Below, piece by piece: positions 26,601 to 41,600 of a DNA stretch of 64,000 nucleotides. The DNA lies in contig MU053881.1 of assembly GCA_013239625.1 (NCBI GenBank), positions 14,126,373 to 14,190,372 on the forward strand, written 5' to 3'. The notes under the pieces are model-generated. The model saw only the letters and a program-made list of their open reading frames with translations, was not told the DNA's origin and ran no database searches. The number at the start of each line of letters is the position of its first letter. Position 1 is the first letter of the stretch. The DNA comes from Lama guanicoe (lineage: Eukaryota). The translations under genes and the position numbers were made by a program.

Positions 26601-29600
26601 TCCAGGCACCCTGTTGCAGATTATCTTGGAGAGAACTTTGACCAGGAAGCAGAAGGGTTATCAAGTGCTGGTCACTCTCATTAGTTTTCAGACAGGATTC
26701 CCAGAAGCCAGAGAGTTCATCTGCATGCCAGGGAGGAAACCTCAGTCCCTTCACTCAGCAGCTGGGGCATGAAGAGCACTGGATTTTACCATTTATCCAA
26801 ACTCGTACGCTTCTTTTAAAAAGTTTAAAAGCCACTTTAAATAGTGCTCTTCTAAGATTGCAGTGCATCCCTTGTGTAGCAGCATGAATGGGCATGGGCT
26901 GTGTCCCCCAGGACCCCCAGTCCTTGCAGCGTCCATGTGAGCTCGTGAGCCCATGCAGAGTCCGCAGATGGGTTACTGCTACTGCGTCATCCTCACCCCA
27001 CCGTTGGCGGGGGGAATGGGAATGTAGAAGAGGACGCTGGGAGCTTCACAGAACCTTGGCGTTCCCTGCTTCCACTCTTTTTCTCATCCATCCCTGGCTC
27101 AGAGTGAAAACACAATAATTAAATGCATTCTGTGTTGGAGGAAAGAGTTTTGTTGATTTCTCCTTCTTTAATTCACAGAATCTCTTTTTTTTTCTATTCT
27201 TTAATGCATTTAGTTCTTTTATGGTGGTGGTTTTTCTGTTCTTTTTCTTCCAGTTTCATTGAGATGTAATTGACCGACAGCGTTGATTCAGCTGAAGGTG
27301 TGCAGCAAAATGATTTGTGCAGCATACATCATGAAATGATTACTACAATGAGCTCAGTGAACATCCCTCATCTCATATAGATACCAAATAAAAGAAAGAG
27401 GAAAAATTTTTTTTCCTTGTGAGAAAGACTCTCAGGATTTACCCTCTTTTATCAACTTTCATGTATAACGTTACATCAGCGTTCATTGGATTAATCATGT
27501 TGTACCTTCCATCCCTAGTACTTATTTATCTTGTAACTGCAAGTTGGTACCTGTTACTGCCATTTCCCCCTCCCACCACCTCCCACCTCTGGTAACCATA
27601 AATCTGATCTCTTTTTCTATGACTTTATTCAGTTGGTTGGTTGGTATTAAAGTGTAATTGACCTGCAGCTACAACACTGTGTTCATGCTGGTGTATAACA
27701 TAGTGATTCGATATTTCTGCACATTACAAAATGATCACAAGTCTAGTTACCATCTGTCCTTATACAAAGGTGTTACATTATGACTGACCATACTTGCCAT
27801 GCTGTACGTTTCAAATCTGTGACTCATTTCGTATTTCTCAACTGGAAGTTTGTAATTTTTAATCTTTATCACCCATTTTACTCTTCCCTCTACCCCCATC
27901 CTCTCTGAACCTATTTGTTCTCTGTATCTATGACTCTGTTTCTGTTTCGTTATGTTTGTTTATTTGTTATGTTTTTTTAGATTCCACATGTAAGTGAAAT
28001 CATACAGTACTCGTCCTTCTCTAGCTAACATTTCACTTAACATAGTACCCTCTGGGACTACCCATGTTGCCACAAATGGCAAAATTTCTTCTTTTAAGGC
28101 CGAGTAATATTCCATTGTACATATACATCTCATCTTCCTTATCCATTCATCTATCAATGGACACTTAGGCTGTTTTCATATCTTGGCTATTGTGAATAAT
28201 GCTACAGTGAACATAGAGGTGTATCTGTCTTTTCAAATGAGTGTCTTCATTTTCTTCAGAAAAAAACCCGTGAGTGGAATTGCTGGATTATTTGGTAGTT
28301 CTATTAATTTTTTGAGGAACCTCCATGCTGTTTTCCACAGTGGCTACACCAATTCACATTCCCACCAGTAGTGCCCTAGGGTTCCTTTTTCTCCGCAGCC
28401 TCACCAACACGTGTTGTTTTTGTCTTTTTGATAATAGCCATTCTGACCCATATTTGGTGCTATCTCAGTGTGGTTTTGATTAGCATTTCCCTGGTGATTA
28501 GTAGTATTGAGCATCTTCATGTGTCTATTGGCCCATCTGTATGTCTTCTTTGGTGAAAAAAAATGCCTATTCAGGTCCACTGCCCATTTTTAATCAGCTT
28601 GTTTGATTTGTTGAGTTTGAGTTGTATGAAGTCAGGTTGGTTTTTTTGTTTAATATTTTGGATCGTCTCAGATATATCATTTGCAGATATCTCCACCATG
28701 CAGTAGGCTGCCTTTTCATTTTGTTGATAGTTTCCTTCCCTGTGCAAAAGTTTTTCAGTTTGATGTAGTCTCATTTGTGTGTCTTTGCTTTTGTGTCCCT
28801 TGCCTTAGGAAACAGATCCAAAATGACACAGCTAAGACTGATGTTAAAGAATGCACTGCCTATGTTTTCTTCTAGGAGTTTTGCAGTTTCAGGTCTTACA
28901 GTCAAGTCTTTCATCCATTTTGAGTTTATTTTTGTATACAGTGTGAGAAAGCAGTACAGGTAAATTATTTCACATGTAGCTGTCCAGTTTTACCAGCACC
29001 ATTTATTGAGTCGACTGTCTTTCTCCATCATGTATTCTTGCCTCCTTTGTCATTTCTGTGCCCTCTATTCTGTTCCATTGATCTATGTGTCTGTTTTCGT
29101 GCCAGCACCACACTCTTTTGATGACCTTGGATTGTAGTGTAGTTTGAAATCAGGGTGTGTGACCACCTCCATTTTTGTTCTTTCTCAACATGGTATTTGG
29201 TTATTCTGGGTCATTTGTGCTTCCATACAAATTGTAGAATTGTTTGTTCTAGTTCTGTGAAATATATCATTGGTATCTTAATACAGATTACACTGGATCT
29301 CTAGAGCACACTGGGTGGTGTGTCATTTTAACATTAATTCTTCCAAGTGGCGCTTGCCAACACCGGTGTCTCCCTGGAAGAAGGAGCTCCCGAAAATGGC
29401 TGTCAGCAGCATCTGTCTCCCCAGAGGGATTCCAGTGGCCTCTGGTCTCTCTGGGAAGCTCTCCAAGATTAGTGAGTGCTTCTGACCCAGGCTCCTTTCA
29501 AATTACTGCCTCTGCTCTGGGTCTCAGAGCGTGTAAGATTTTGTGTGCACATTTTGAGAATGGAATCTCTGGTGAACAAGCCCCACTGGCCTTCAAAATG

Positions 29601-32600
29601 AGACATTCTTAGGACTTGCCTTCCTCATGCAGGGCTCCCGGGCTGGGGAGCCTGACGTGGAGCTCAGAGCCCCTGCTCCTTGGGGAGAAGCTCTGCAGTT
29701 GTGACTGTTCCCCCATTTGTGGGTTTCCTACCTGGGGGTGTGAGTCTTGACTATACCACATCACGGCCTCTCCTGTCTCACTGTGGTTCCTTCACTAGAC
29801 CTTCAGTTTTGAAAAAATCTCTTCTGCTAGTCTTCAGGCCATTCTCATTGATAGTTGCTCTAAATGATTATTATTTGGTGTGCCTATGGGAAGAGGTGAG
29901 CTGAAAGTCTTCCCCACTCCACCGTCTTGCTAACAGAATCTTCCTTGAGTGCTTCCGTAAGTCGGTGGAGGGGTTTCAAAGTGGTGTAAGACATACTTCC
30001 TGTCCTCCAATGGCTTAGGAGCTATTTTTTTTAACATAAATACCCTTGGTGACTATGAAAAAAATTTTTGATAATCCTAATGCCCAAAACCCTCCACCAT
30101 GAAAGTGGTTGTCCTTTCAGTGTCCACTAGTTAAGAAAATAAATTAAAACAAAAAGCTACTGTGAATGTGGTGACCTATTTAAGTGAATTTGTACTTCTT
30201 GATCTCAGGAATTCCTACAGAAATTTGAAAACCATGTATGTGTGAGAGTTATTTTTACTCTGTCTGCAGACAGCATGTTGGTTTATTTGGGGATTTATAG
30301 ACATGTTCCAGTGCTTCATCTACCAATTGGCTTATAGAAACAGCTTGGTATTTGACAATTAAAAATGTAAAACATTTTAAGTTCCATGTGAGTGGTGTGG
30401 ATATTACAAATGCTCTAGGCTCAAAGAAAGGAGAAATCGCTATGGTCTGTGGTAGACAGATGGGTCCTTAAGGGGTATAACCCTTCAGCTTGGCAATGAA
30501 GGTTTAAGAGAATTGTCAATGTGGAAAACTTGCGAAGAAAGCGTGAAAAAAGGCCCAGAGGGGTTGCTCTAGGGGAAGACAGAATTAAATGCTTACATCA
30601 GGCGAAAAACAAGCACAAACTTTAGCATCAAATAAACCTGGGTGTCCATGAGCTGTGTGACCTTGGGCAAGTTCCTTAGCATAATCAACAATCAGTTTTC
30701 TCTTCTATAAAATGGGACTAACCTGTCCCAGACACGTCACAGGAGATCTGGGAAGATCAAATAAGATCAAGTATGTAAGGGGCAACATTTTGTGAACTGT
30801 GACTTTAAATTTAAAAGTAAATAAACATCTTTATTTTTTGAAGGTCCAGATATGCCCAATAGACTGAGTAGGCCACTGTGTCGATTGCAATTCTTTGTTG
30901 GCAAGAACAGAAATGATTCTGGCTAACTTAAGCAAAATAAGATTATTGCAAAAATGTGGTGAAAGGTGGGATGGAAGGGGGGAAGCACACAGTATGACTC
31001 ACAGAATCAAAGGAAATCTGAAGATCCAGGCTCAGAAACAAGGACCAGGAAACATCACTGCCACAGGAGAATGCTGCTAGCAGCAATTGCTTAATGGTCT
31101 CATTTGTTAGGTGAGGGAGTATCTCTCACCCTGTTGGCTTCAGGTTGCTCAGCCTTTCCAGTGGCCCCAGGAGGATATAGCCTTCTGTATCTAGGGCATA
31201 GGGCAGTGAGGAGTACCTTAACCCCGAGAGTCATTCATTGCACATTAACACTTGGCTCACTTTCCTTCGATTTCGTAGATAAGACCATTGACACGTGGAG
31301 CTAAACTGGGAACTTTGAGTTGTTTTATGGCTACCGTAATTGATTTGTGTCAGCAACCTTTTCCTTCTCTCTCATTCTCTCTTCTTCACATATACTGTGA
31401 GAATTCGATAAATGCTTGAATACATGACTGCATGAATGGATGGATGGATGGATAGATGGGTGGATAGGAGACTAGTCTGGCCCATGTGGGGATCTAAGAC
31501 TTTGGCTATATTTTTTATTTTTTTAATTAATTGAGCCAAAGAATTTCCTTGCAAGAAGCAATCCCATTCCCATGAATTAAAGATTTGTACCTGGGGCTTT
31601 TCCTAATTATGTGCGCCGGTCTTTACAGAGGTTTTCTTTGTTATCTCCTCATCCATCACCTTTCAGTATTTACATTCATAATATTACCCTCTCCAGTACT
31701 AACCTTACCTCACCAAGTCTTTATGGTGTGCCTGTTAACACAAGGTATTACGGGAGATGCTCCAGAGGAAGTTTGACAGTCTACTAGGGGGAGCAGAGAT
31801 CTGGACACATCGGTGTTAAATGAAGGCATGAGAGTTGGTGTGGAAACATGTGAAAAGGAGCAATTTTGTTGGCTGAAGTGAAATGGTCTATGTAGACTTG
31901 GGCAGGTTTCACAGAGGAGGTAGCAAAGAAATTTGCTAAAAAAAATAGTAATAATTCTCAAAAGAATGTTCTCTATCTAGACAATGTAGCATCTTAACTT
32001 CTACTCTCTGAAGGTACCCTGCTTCAAAACACAAATATACCAGGGAGGAGAGTATAGCTCAGTGGTAGAGTGTGTGCCTAGCATGCATGAGGTCCTGGGT
32101 TCAATCTCCAGTACCTCCATTAAATAAATAAATAAAATAAAACTAATTGCCTCCTCTCCTCTCCTCTCCTCAAAAAATGCAAGTATACCTGGAAAAGATA
32201 ACATAGGACATTGCTTATTAGTCGTAGTAATTTTATATACATTCTCTACTGTATATTAAAAATGAATTTTTTTTTCATTATCAATCTCCTTTCTTTTTTA
32301 GCCTTAGGATAGTAGATATATTGCAAGAGCAGCCCACCATGCGTATGCAGTAGTTTCTGTGGTATGGAGTGATATATACAAATTTCTCTCATTACATGTA
32401 ATTAAGAACCCCCAGTCATAAAACCTAAATGTTTTCCAATTGAATAGAAAGAAGATAGGAAAAAAAAAACTTGTCCTGCCGTTTCCCAATGGATGGATAG
32501 GATAGAGGGTGTTCTCAATCTGGGCATCTTCATTGCAAGTTAATTTAGAACTTCTAGAGTAATTCCTACTTCTACCCACACAGCAGACTTTCAGAAATGC

Positions 32601-35600
32601 TTGTAAAGATTTCTGGTTGTCACAACTGAGGGAAAGAGGGGAGGGTGCTACTGGCATCAAGTTGGTAGAGGCCAGGAATACTGCTAAACATCAAAGAATT
32701 GCCCAGCCCAACATGTCAAGAGTGCCGAGGGTGAGCTACCCTGGTCTAGAAATGCCTTGACCTGCCCACCAACCAGATGCAGAGACTAGAGAAAACAGAG
32801 GGAGCCAGCGCAAAACCTTTCATGGAACGTAAAAACAAATCCTTTAGGAACAAAGAAATTTAAAAAAAAAAAAAAACATTGAATAGAGGTAAATCAAAGG
32901 TCAGCAGGACAATATTATGTAATTTATTTTTTGATTCTTCCTTATTTGACTCAAGTTAAGAAGAATGGTAGTGATGGTGATAATGATGATGGTTTCCAGG
33001 CACTGGCGTTTGCTTAGATTTTTTATTGAGATGTAATTGACATATAACATTATATTAGTCCTAGGGATACAAGGTAATGATTTGCTGTGAAACAATCACC
33101 ACAGTCAGTCACCAAACATCGTTGCAGTTTTCTTTCCTATGATGAGAACTTTTAAGATCTTCTCTCATAGCAACTTTCAGAAAAGCAATACAGTATTATT
33201 AAAGGGTCACCATGTTGCACACTACATTCCTTTTTTATTTTTTAACTGAAAATTTGTAACTTTTGATCCCCTTCACCCATTTCACCCACCCATCACTCCC
33301 TGCCTCTCTGACAGTAAGATTCCACATGCAGCTGACCCTTGAACAACATAAGGGTTGGAGTGCCAACCATCCACACAGTGGAAAAGTCGAGTCTAATTTA
33401 TGATCAGCTCGCTATATTCACAGCTCAGCATCTACAGTTCAGCCAACCACAGATCGGGTAGTTCTGTAGTATATGCTATTTTTAAAGTCTGTGTAAATGG
33501 ATCCACACGGTTCAAACCCATGTTGTTCAAGGGCCAACTATATATGGACTTCATGTATTATACCAGGTACTTCAGTCATAGGAAGTGCAAAGGAGCACAG
33601 AAAAGGAAATAGGGCCAAAAGGAGATCTTAAAGGCTGAATCTTTTCATCTTTCCTTTGGGCATCGAAATAACACTGTGGTTTAAGAGAGCAGACTGTGTG
33701 GCATCAGAAGTCCAGAGGTTAAAGACTGTCTTCTGCTTTGCTATAGCTCCAAGTCACTGGGAAAATTTACTGAGCTTCCCTAAGCCTTAGTTCCTTTATG
33801 TCTGAAATAGAGATAATAATAGAACTTATTTGATAGAGTCATTGTATGAATTCAAAGGAATAGCATTTGCAAAATATTTAGTTGTTTTTGACACATAAGC
33901 ATTCAATAAGTGCTGTAATATAATAATAATGATGATTAGAAATTAATGATGAGAACAATGACAAGGACTATGAGGAAAATGACGACTGGCTTTCGATTCC
34001 ATTTATGTAAGTTGCAGTCCTGGCTCTGTTACTCACCAATCATAAGACAGGTTGCTTTATTGAATCTCCATTTACACTTCTGTCCAAAGCCCTTGAGGTC
34101 ACTGTAAGAACTTTATGACAGGTGTCTGGCGCATAGTAAGGGATCAGGATGGGTGCATCTGGCCTGAAAAACTGCACAGACATGCTCTCTTCTCTGGAAA
34201 GGGTTCATCTTTTCCTGTACCCTGATAGCTCCCCAGGGCTTCCTGCCTGTTAGTGAGACTTTCATCCAGGACATTTCCTTAGATAAAAGGCTGAGTCAGA
34301 AAGAAAAGTCGGTCAGGTGGACTTCATCCACAAGTTAAGAAATGCTGGGGGGTCGGAAGCAGGGAGTCAGAAGTGAATCAGGGACAGGAGGTGGGAAGGG
34401 ATAAATTTGGGAGTTTGAGATTTACAAACGTTAGCCACTATATATAAAAATAGATTTTTTTAAAGGTTCTTCTGTATAGCACAGGGAACTAGGTTCGATA
34501 TCTTGTAATAAGCTTTAATGAAAAAGAATATGAAAACAAATATATGTATGTATATGCGTGACTGGGACATTGTGCTGAACACCAGAAATTGACACATTGT
34601 AACTGACTGTACTTCAATTAGGAAAAAAAAAAAAGGAAAAAGAAGTGAATCAGAAACTCCTAAACAAGGTTAAAATAAGGAGGCTGACAGAGTTGTAGGG
34701 CTTGGCGATTCCTCCCACCACTCCCATCCTCGGGCTCTCCTAGCAGCTCCCTGGAGTGAGTTACAGCAAATCCTTAAAGCAGGTGACCCTGAGGGGTTGT
34801 CTGGAGAGAGCAGGGCACATGTGCCCCTCCCACGGCACATCTTGGGGAGGGAAGGAAGGAGCCTGGGGACAGGAAGCTAAAAAGGGTGAAGTCACCTCTC
34901 CATGAAGACAGGGAGACAGAGCATCTGGGGCCAGTGCCCAGAAGAGGAAAAGAACAAGGGAGACTTCAGGGGGAAGGTCACTGGGGAGCCCCACTGAGGG
35001 ATGAGAGAGGTAAACATCACCACGGCCAGGCTCTACCGGGTATGATCAACCAGATGGCAGTGACTCCCTGCAGCAGGACCCTTAGCTCCCAGACCCCGCT
35101 GCCACTCCTGTCTGAAATGAGTTTGGATTTAGAAGGCCACCCAAGAGCCAAGTGGGATGGATCCGGAGGGAAGCCCACGGCTTCATCAGCGCACAAAAGC
35201 AGCTGACAAATTATGTTGTGATTTGTCATCATCTCAGAACTCGGCAAGTGCTTGTCCCTGAAGGAATCAATACTTGCAGGGAAAGGGGCTGTATTTTTAG
35301 AAACTCCTGCATGGGTAATTGATTTCAAGTGAGTGGAGAGTTTATTTATATTGGCGCCCCCGCAGAACCAAGGGGCAGTATATTTACACAAAGCCAGAAA
35401 ATGCTATCGTTGCTTCTAATCCGTTCACCCCTGTGAGCAGCTGTTCCTTGAAGCTTTTGGTGATAAATTCACTCCTCCTACTAAAACCTCTACCCCGGGA
35501 ACCATTTCCCATCCCACCTTTAGCAAGGCATGTTACACACTTCTCAAAACTTTTCCACATGATTCTGTCTTCCAGGGCACAGATGAGATGGGCCAGGGGC

Positions 35601-38600
35601 AGGGCGGGTGGTACTAGTCCCCTTCTACAGATGAGAAAACTGAGGCTCAAGAGTTGAATGTACTGTTAGCCAATGGGGGGTAGAATTAGAAAGCAAGATC
35701 TTCCCACCCCTAGTTGTGTTCACCACTCCCTCCCCACTGCCACCCCACCCCGCACTGGACTCTAAGAGATTATGCAACTGAAATACCTAATGACAGAAAA
35801 AGTAAAGAGTCAAGAATGTGTTTAAAATGCTTTGCTGCAAGAATGTTCACCCCGTGGGCAGTGTGCTGTACAATGCAGAACAGAGGGTCTGCAGTCAGAG
35901 TTGTATTTGAATCCCAGTCCTGGTATGACCATGGGCAGCCTACTTAACCCTTTGGAGTCACAGTTTTCCCATCTCTAAAGAGGAGACAGTCCAAGTTCTT
36001 ACTTCATAGAATAATTGTAGACCTGAAAATAAATAGTATTTGTAAAGTTCTTCTCACAACATCTGGCAGAAGTAAGAGTCCAGTAAATGCTACTTATTTT
36101 GTTTTGTTAGCTACTGTTTTCACTGCATTTTTGCAACAGCAAAACAGTTGAAACAGTGTCACTGTTCAGTAGTGAAATGATTAAATGAAATATGGTGGCA
36201 TTCATGCAATGGGTTTCTATCAAGGTGTTGAAAAAGATGTAGAAAATTTTAATAACATGTATAAATGTTCAAGATATGTGAACATGAAATCTCATTTTTA
36301 AAATGCATTAATGTGTGTGTGGCCATACATAAATGTGTGTGTAGGTGTATGTATATATTTTTAAAACCCTGGAAGTACTATATACACAAGAATATTAACT
36401 GTGAATAGCTCTTGGTGGTGTGATTTAAAATCTCTGCTTTTTGATCATTTATTTCTGTGCTGCCCAGTGTGGTAGCCACTAGCCACATGTAGCTATTTAT
36501 CTTGTTTTAGTTAAAATTAAATAAAATCTTAATAAAATTTAAAAATCTGTTCCTCAGTTGTACCACCATATTTCAGTCGCCACATGCGATGAGTGGCTCC
36601 CATGTCAGACGGTGCAGACTCCAAACATTTCCATCACTGCCATAAGTTCTACGGGGCAGAGTGGGTCTGGAGACGCAAACCCCCTCTGCAGGAGAAACGT
36701 GGTCTGGGCAGGGCTCTCCCTCTGCTATGTGTCCCACTTTTCATTTGCATCTACTTTCTCCTCCTTAATGAGGGTTTAACTTTCTCTTCTGACACGCTAC
36801 AACTGTCACCAGTGTGACAAAGCAGGGATGACCTTATTCACAATGGTTCTAACTATGATTAGCTATCCTGATGATCTGATTAAAACGAGATCCTTCTGAC
36901 TTAATAACTCACAGCATCCTGTCTCTCCCCCAGGAGGTGCAGTTCCAGCCGGAACGTTTCCACAACACCATCATCTGTGAGAAACCCAACAACCACCTCA
37001 ACAGATTCAGGGGATATATGTAAGTAACGTCCGTGTGCGGCTAGTGAGTATCTCCTCTGCAGCTCGAAAACATTTTTTCTTGAAATGGCCAAACATAAAT
37101 ATCTGGGCCCAAAGAAATTTCCTTTTATCATAAAAAAAAAAAGGGCTGGAGCAACCTAACTAAATTGGAAAAACTTGCTTTTTTTTTTCCCCCTGGAGTG
37201 AAAGTTAATCATCTCACCGGGTTAAATTCACTAGTAGTTTTTTCAGAACTTTGGGGAAACAACATCAAAATAAAGACCACATTCTGATTCAAGGAAAGTA
37301 AATATGATTGAATTTAGATCCGTTTTTTGAAAGTCTGTATTACATTATAGGGAAGAATGGGGACTTTGGAGTTTGAAAGACCTGGGTTTGAAACCAGGCT
37401 CTCTCACAAGCTGTGTGACCTTGAGTAAATTAATTAACCTCTCTGGGCCTTGGTTGCCACATCTGTTAAAAAAAAACACTGTAATAGCTACATCAGAGGA
37501 TTTTTCTTTAAGAGTTGATCACATGCAGATCACAGAAACTGGCACAGAGTAAACAGTTACTGGGGCTACTGCTCTTGGCCATTATTGTTGTTACAGTCCC
37601 TGAACTTTGGTTCAGCCTGAGAATTATACCATAATTCTGCTCCCACATCTGACTACTGGTCTTAGCACAGAAAAGACCGAAAAAGCGATGATAACAGATG
37701 TGGATAAACGCCCTTATCAGGGCTTTAACAGTTTTAGAGGACTTCGCAGATCATCTCATTTAATCTGCAGAACACAGGGAAGTGAGAACTATGATTCCCA
37801 TTTTTCAGACGGGGGGTCTGATGATTTAAGGTGTCTCAAGATTCTCCCAAAGGCACACAACGGCTACAAGACAAAGCCAGGACTTCCATCCAGGTCTTTT
37901 CACTCCAACCCCTGTGCATTTTCCATCATCTGCACACAGAGTTCAGACATGTTAGGGCCTCTTCTCTGCCAGTCGGGCCTGCAGCGAGACTTAGGAAGGC
38001 TTCCTGGGAGGCAGATGTCTTTGTTTTCCCTCCATCCGTGTTTCCTTAGGCTGCATGGGATGTTATGAAGAGCAAGATAAGAGGGGAAAGGGTAAGAACA
38101 ATACAAGATAAATAGCAGCTATTCAGGGCTTTTCAGAAAGCTCAGGGAAAGCAGATGGAGACTGCGGAGAAGGGCACGAGCCCCTGGGGGAGAGGAAGAT
38201 TCATTGCCAGCATCTGGCTAGGTAGAGCTTGCCACCTGCCCCAGCAAAGAGCCCATCCCTCATGCCCAAGTTTTGTGGACTTGGTTCATCCCAAGACACC
38301 CCTGCCTGGAGCCATCCTCCTGTCTTCTTGAGAATAGCCTCACTGCTGGATTTCTATTCCCCCTCAAACAGCTCATGCCAGCAGCCAGACTTTCTAAGTT
38401 TTATCCTGGGCTCTGTCCCCTCATCCCAGACAGAACTTTCCCAGCTCTGTTCCACCCCCAGCACCTCCTCTTCCTGCTTGCTGCCCCTAGAGACATCTTC
38501 CCCCATCTACCTGAGCCCAATAGATGAGCCCAAAAAGTCAGGTTGGTTCGCCCAGGAGCCGACCTGTGGGATGCTGGCCAATTTTCCACCGTGGTCCTAC

Positions 38601-41600
38601 ATCCCTGCCACAGCCCAGCACCCAGAGATGGTCTGCAGTCTCTTCCTGAGCAAACCCCTGGGTCTGATGCCTCCAGGTTTCCAGAAGCTTCTTTGGGTCC
38701 CCTTAATTTAGGCTACCCAGGCTAGCTAGAAAATGAACAGCTTTTCATTCTCTGGAGAGTACTGATGTCAGATTTGAAAATACAACTTGGAAACAGTAAG
38801 ATCTCTACAGAGCAGTGGTTCTCAAACCCTCTCCCCACCTCTCTATCAGAGGACCTTTGCAGTGTCTGGAGACCCTTCTGGTTGTCACAGCTGCGGAGGG
38901 GTGCTGCTGGCATCTAGTATGTAGAGGTCAAGGATGCTGCTCGGCACCCTACAAGGCACAGAGCAGCCCCCTCAACAAAGAATGATCCCGCCCCAGTTGT
39001 CATTACTGCTGAAGTTGAGAACTCCTGCTCTCGAGTCAGTTACATGAAGCATCCCTGCAAACGGAGCACTCGATAGAAGAGCTGTGAGGTCGCTAATCCC
39101 TCATCCCATCCACTGAGAAAGGGGCAGTGTGACCCGGAGAAGTAGAACCCGCTGTCATTCGTTATCGCCTCAGGGCATTGTAACAATGCTCTTTAAACCA
39201 CTAGCTACTGACAGTGAGTCAGTCATGATTCTGTCCCAGTATCCTATCCATAGCCAGCTCCCTCTGTGTTTGGTGGGGGAGGGGGTCTTAAACTTCAGCC
39301 ATTCTTGAACCACCTTTATGATTTGTATCATATTCATAAAACATGTATACTTTCCAGATTTTGAACTGGCTTTTTTTTTTCTTAATTTATTGCAAAGGGA
39401 AAATTTATGTCACTGGCACTATGAACAACCAGTATCACTGCTGTAAATAAATGATTTATGGCATTGTCACTTTCCATATATAAATTTTATAACAGGTAAG
39501 ATTAATAGAATGAAATCAAAACAGTTATCATTATATTCGAACTGCAGGCTATTACTTGCCAAAGCCGCCTCTGTGTTGAAAAGCTAGATAAGTAAGTGCT
39601 AGAAAAGGGTTAATGAAATACTAAGACATTTCCTTGTTAGAGTCAAAAGAGTTGCAACTGGAAATGACTCTGATTCAATGTAAGTTGAGGGGAGTGACTT
39701 TGGGAACCCTAGTGTAGTGGAAACCACAGGAGAGTTGGTGTCGGTGCCCTGGGTTCCCGAGTCCGACAGTAACCCATGGACTAGCCGTGGAAAACTCTCT
39801 CACCCTCTCTGAGCTTTGTCTTTCTCGTGAGTAAGGATAATCACCCTGCTACCTTCCCAGAGCCATGAAGAATCAAATAAAATAATGTAAGTAAATGTAG
39901 TTTATAAACACAATAAAGATTTATTATTAAAAGGCACATGGAGAGGCAGTAATGCACTCAGGAGCCAGGCTTCCTAGGTTTGAATCCCCTTTCTGCTACA
40001 CAGTAGCTCTATGAACTTGCCTCAATTTTCCTATCTATAAAATGGGTATGAAACATGACCTATCTTATAAGGTCGTCATGACCATTAATTGAGTTGATGC
40101 ACAGAAAACATTTACAACTGGACCTAGAGGAATAAACTATTGAAGAACCAGAAAGAGAAAAATCCCAAAGGTTCAGATTTATTAATTTTTTTTTCTGTTC
40201 TCCCCAATGTTACAGGAAAGTTACATTCAAACTTCCTGAAAATCCCAAAGGGAGAGCATCAGGGTAGAGTAAGGGCCAGACGCCAAGCCATCACTGGTGT
40301 GGGGGACTCAGGAGCTTTTTTGTGGGGTGGAAGACTGAAGTGCTTCCTGAGGCTAGAGAAGGAAAAACTCTGAGAATCTTCTTTCAGAAACTGCCTCCTG
40401 TTGGAGAGGGTGTAGCTCAGTGGTAGAGTGCATGCTCAGCAGACATGAGGTCCTGGGTTCAATCCCCAGCACCTCCATTAACAATAAATAAATAAGTTAA
40501 CTTAATTACCTCCCCCTCACCCCCTGCCAAAAAAAAGCTGCTTCCCAGGATATCGATCAAGGGCCACTGGCCCACCTCCTGTGAGGTCTGTTTATTTTAC
40601 AAGGGGTGGAGCAGGAGGAGGATAGCTCAGGAGAGAGGCCAAGAGAGGGATGTGACTCAGGAGAGGAGCCTGCGAGCTGCCCTCCCTCGCAGTCTCATGT
40701 TACGAGAGGCAGGACTGTCCCGCGTCTTCTGTGGACGTGGATGTTTAGCGTGTGCGGGTCTAGACCCAGCAGCTGGGTGAGAGTCAGCCTGTGAACACGG
40801 CCTGAAGGGAGCATAGCGCCCGTCCTTACAGGGCCAGAAGCCAGTTCCTCCACACTTTGCCTTTTAGGTGGGTAAGTGATTCCATCCTTGGGGATGGGTA
40901 ATTCCCCTCTAATGGTCCAGCCCCCACCCCCAGTCCCAGGAGCACTGAAGAGTTGCACTTGAACATGGAGACTAGAGTCCAAGTTAATACCATTCTTCAA
41001 AAGAGGAGGAAGAGGGTTTCTGTTCACTCACCTAATAATTCTGTGACACTAACCAGTGAGAGATTGGTGAGGCCACCAATCGCTCCCTGTCTTTCCTCAT
41101 CTCCAGGGAGCATCCTGACCAGACCAGGACCGGCTTCGGCAGTGAGAGTCTTCTGCTTCGAGGCTGCACCATCAGAAACACCGAAGTGGCTGTTGGCATT
41201 GTCATCTACGCAGGTCATTGTCCCTGGACAGCTTCTTGTGTCCCGGTCCTTTATCCTCCCTCCTCCAAATCTGTCTTCAGGGACTGCCCTGCAGGATGTT
41301 GAGCAGTATCCCTGGCTGCTTCCCGCTAGATACCATTAGCATCGCCTCCTCAAAGGGGACAGCCGAAACTTTCTCAAGACTTCGCCAGGTGTCCCCTGGG
41401 GAGTCAAGTCCCATGGTTGAGAGTGGCTGGTCTAGAGACTCAGACTCAAAGACCCGAAAGGCCAGGCTGAGCTTTCCAGGAGGGAGAGATTCAGCATGGA
41501 GGTATGTGCTCCCCACAGCAAACATTTATTGAGCCCTGACTGTGTACCAGGAACTGATTTAGGTACTTGGTGTATATCAGTTCACTCCCCCACCCCAAAG

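Noticed and set aside
40403..40475. Possible tRNA genes (A/B boxes here and at four other sites)
   Set aside because: They are followed by SINE tails and flanked by TSDs, so they are SINE heads and not tRNAs
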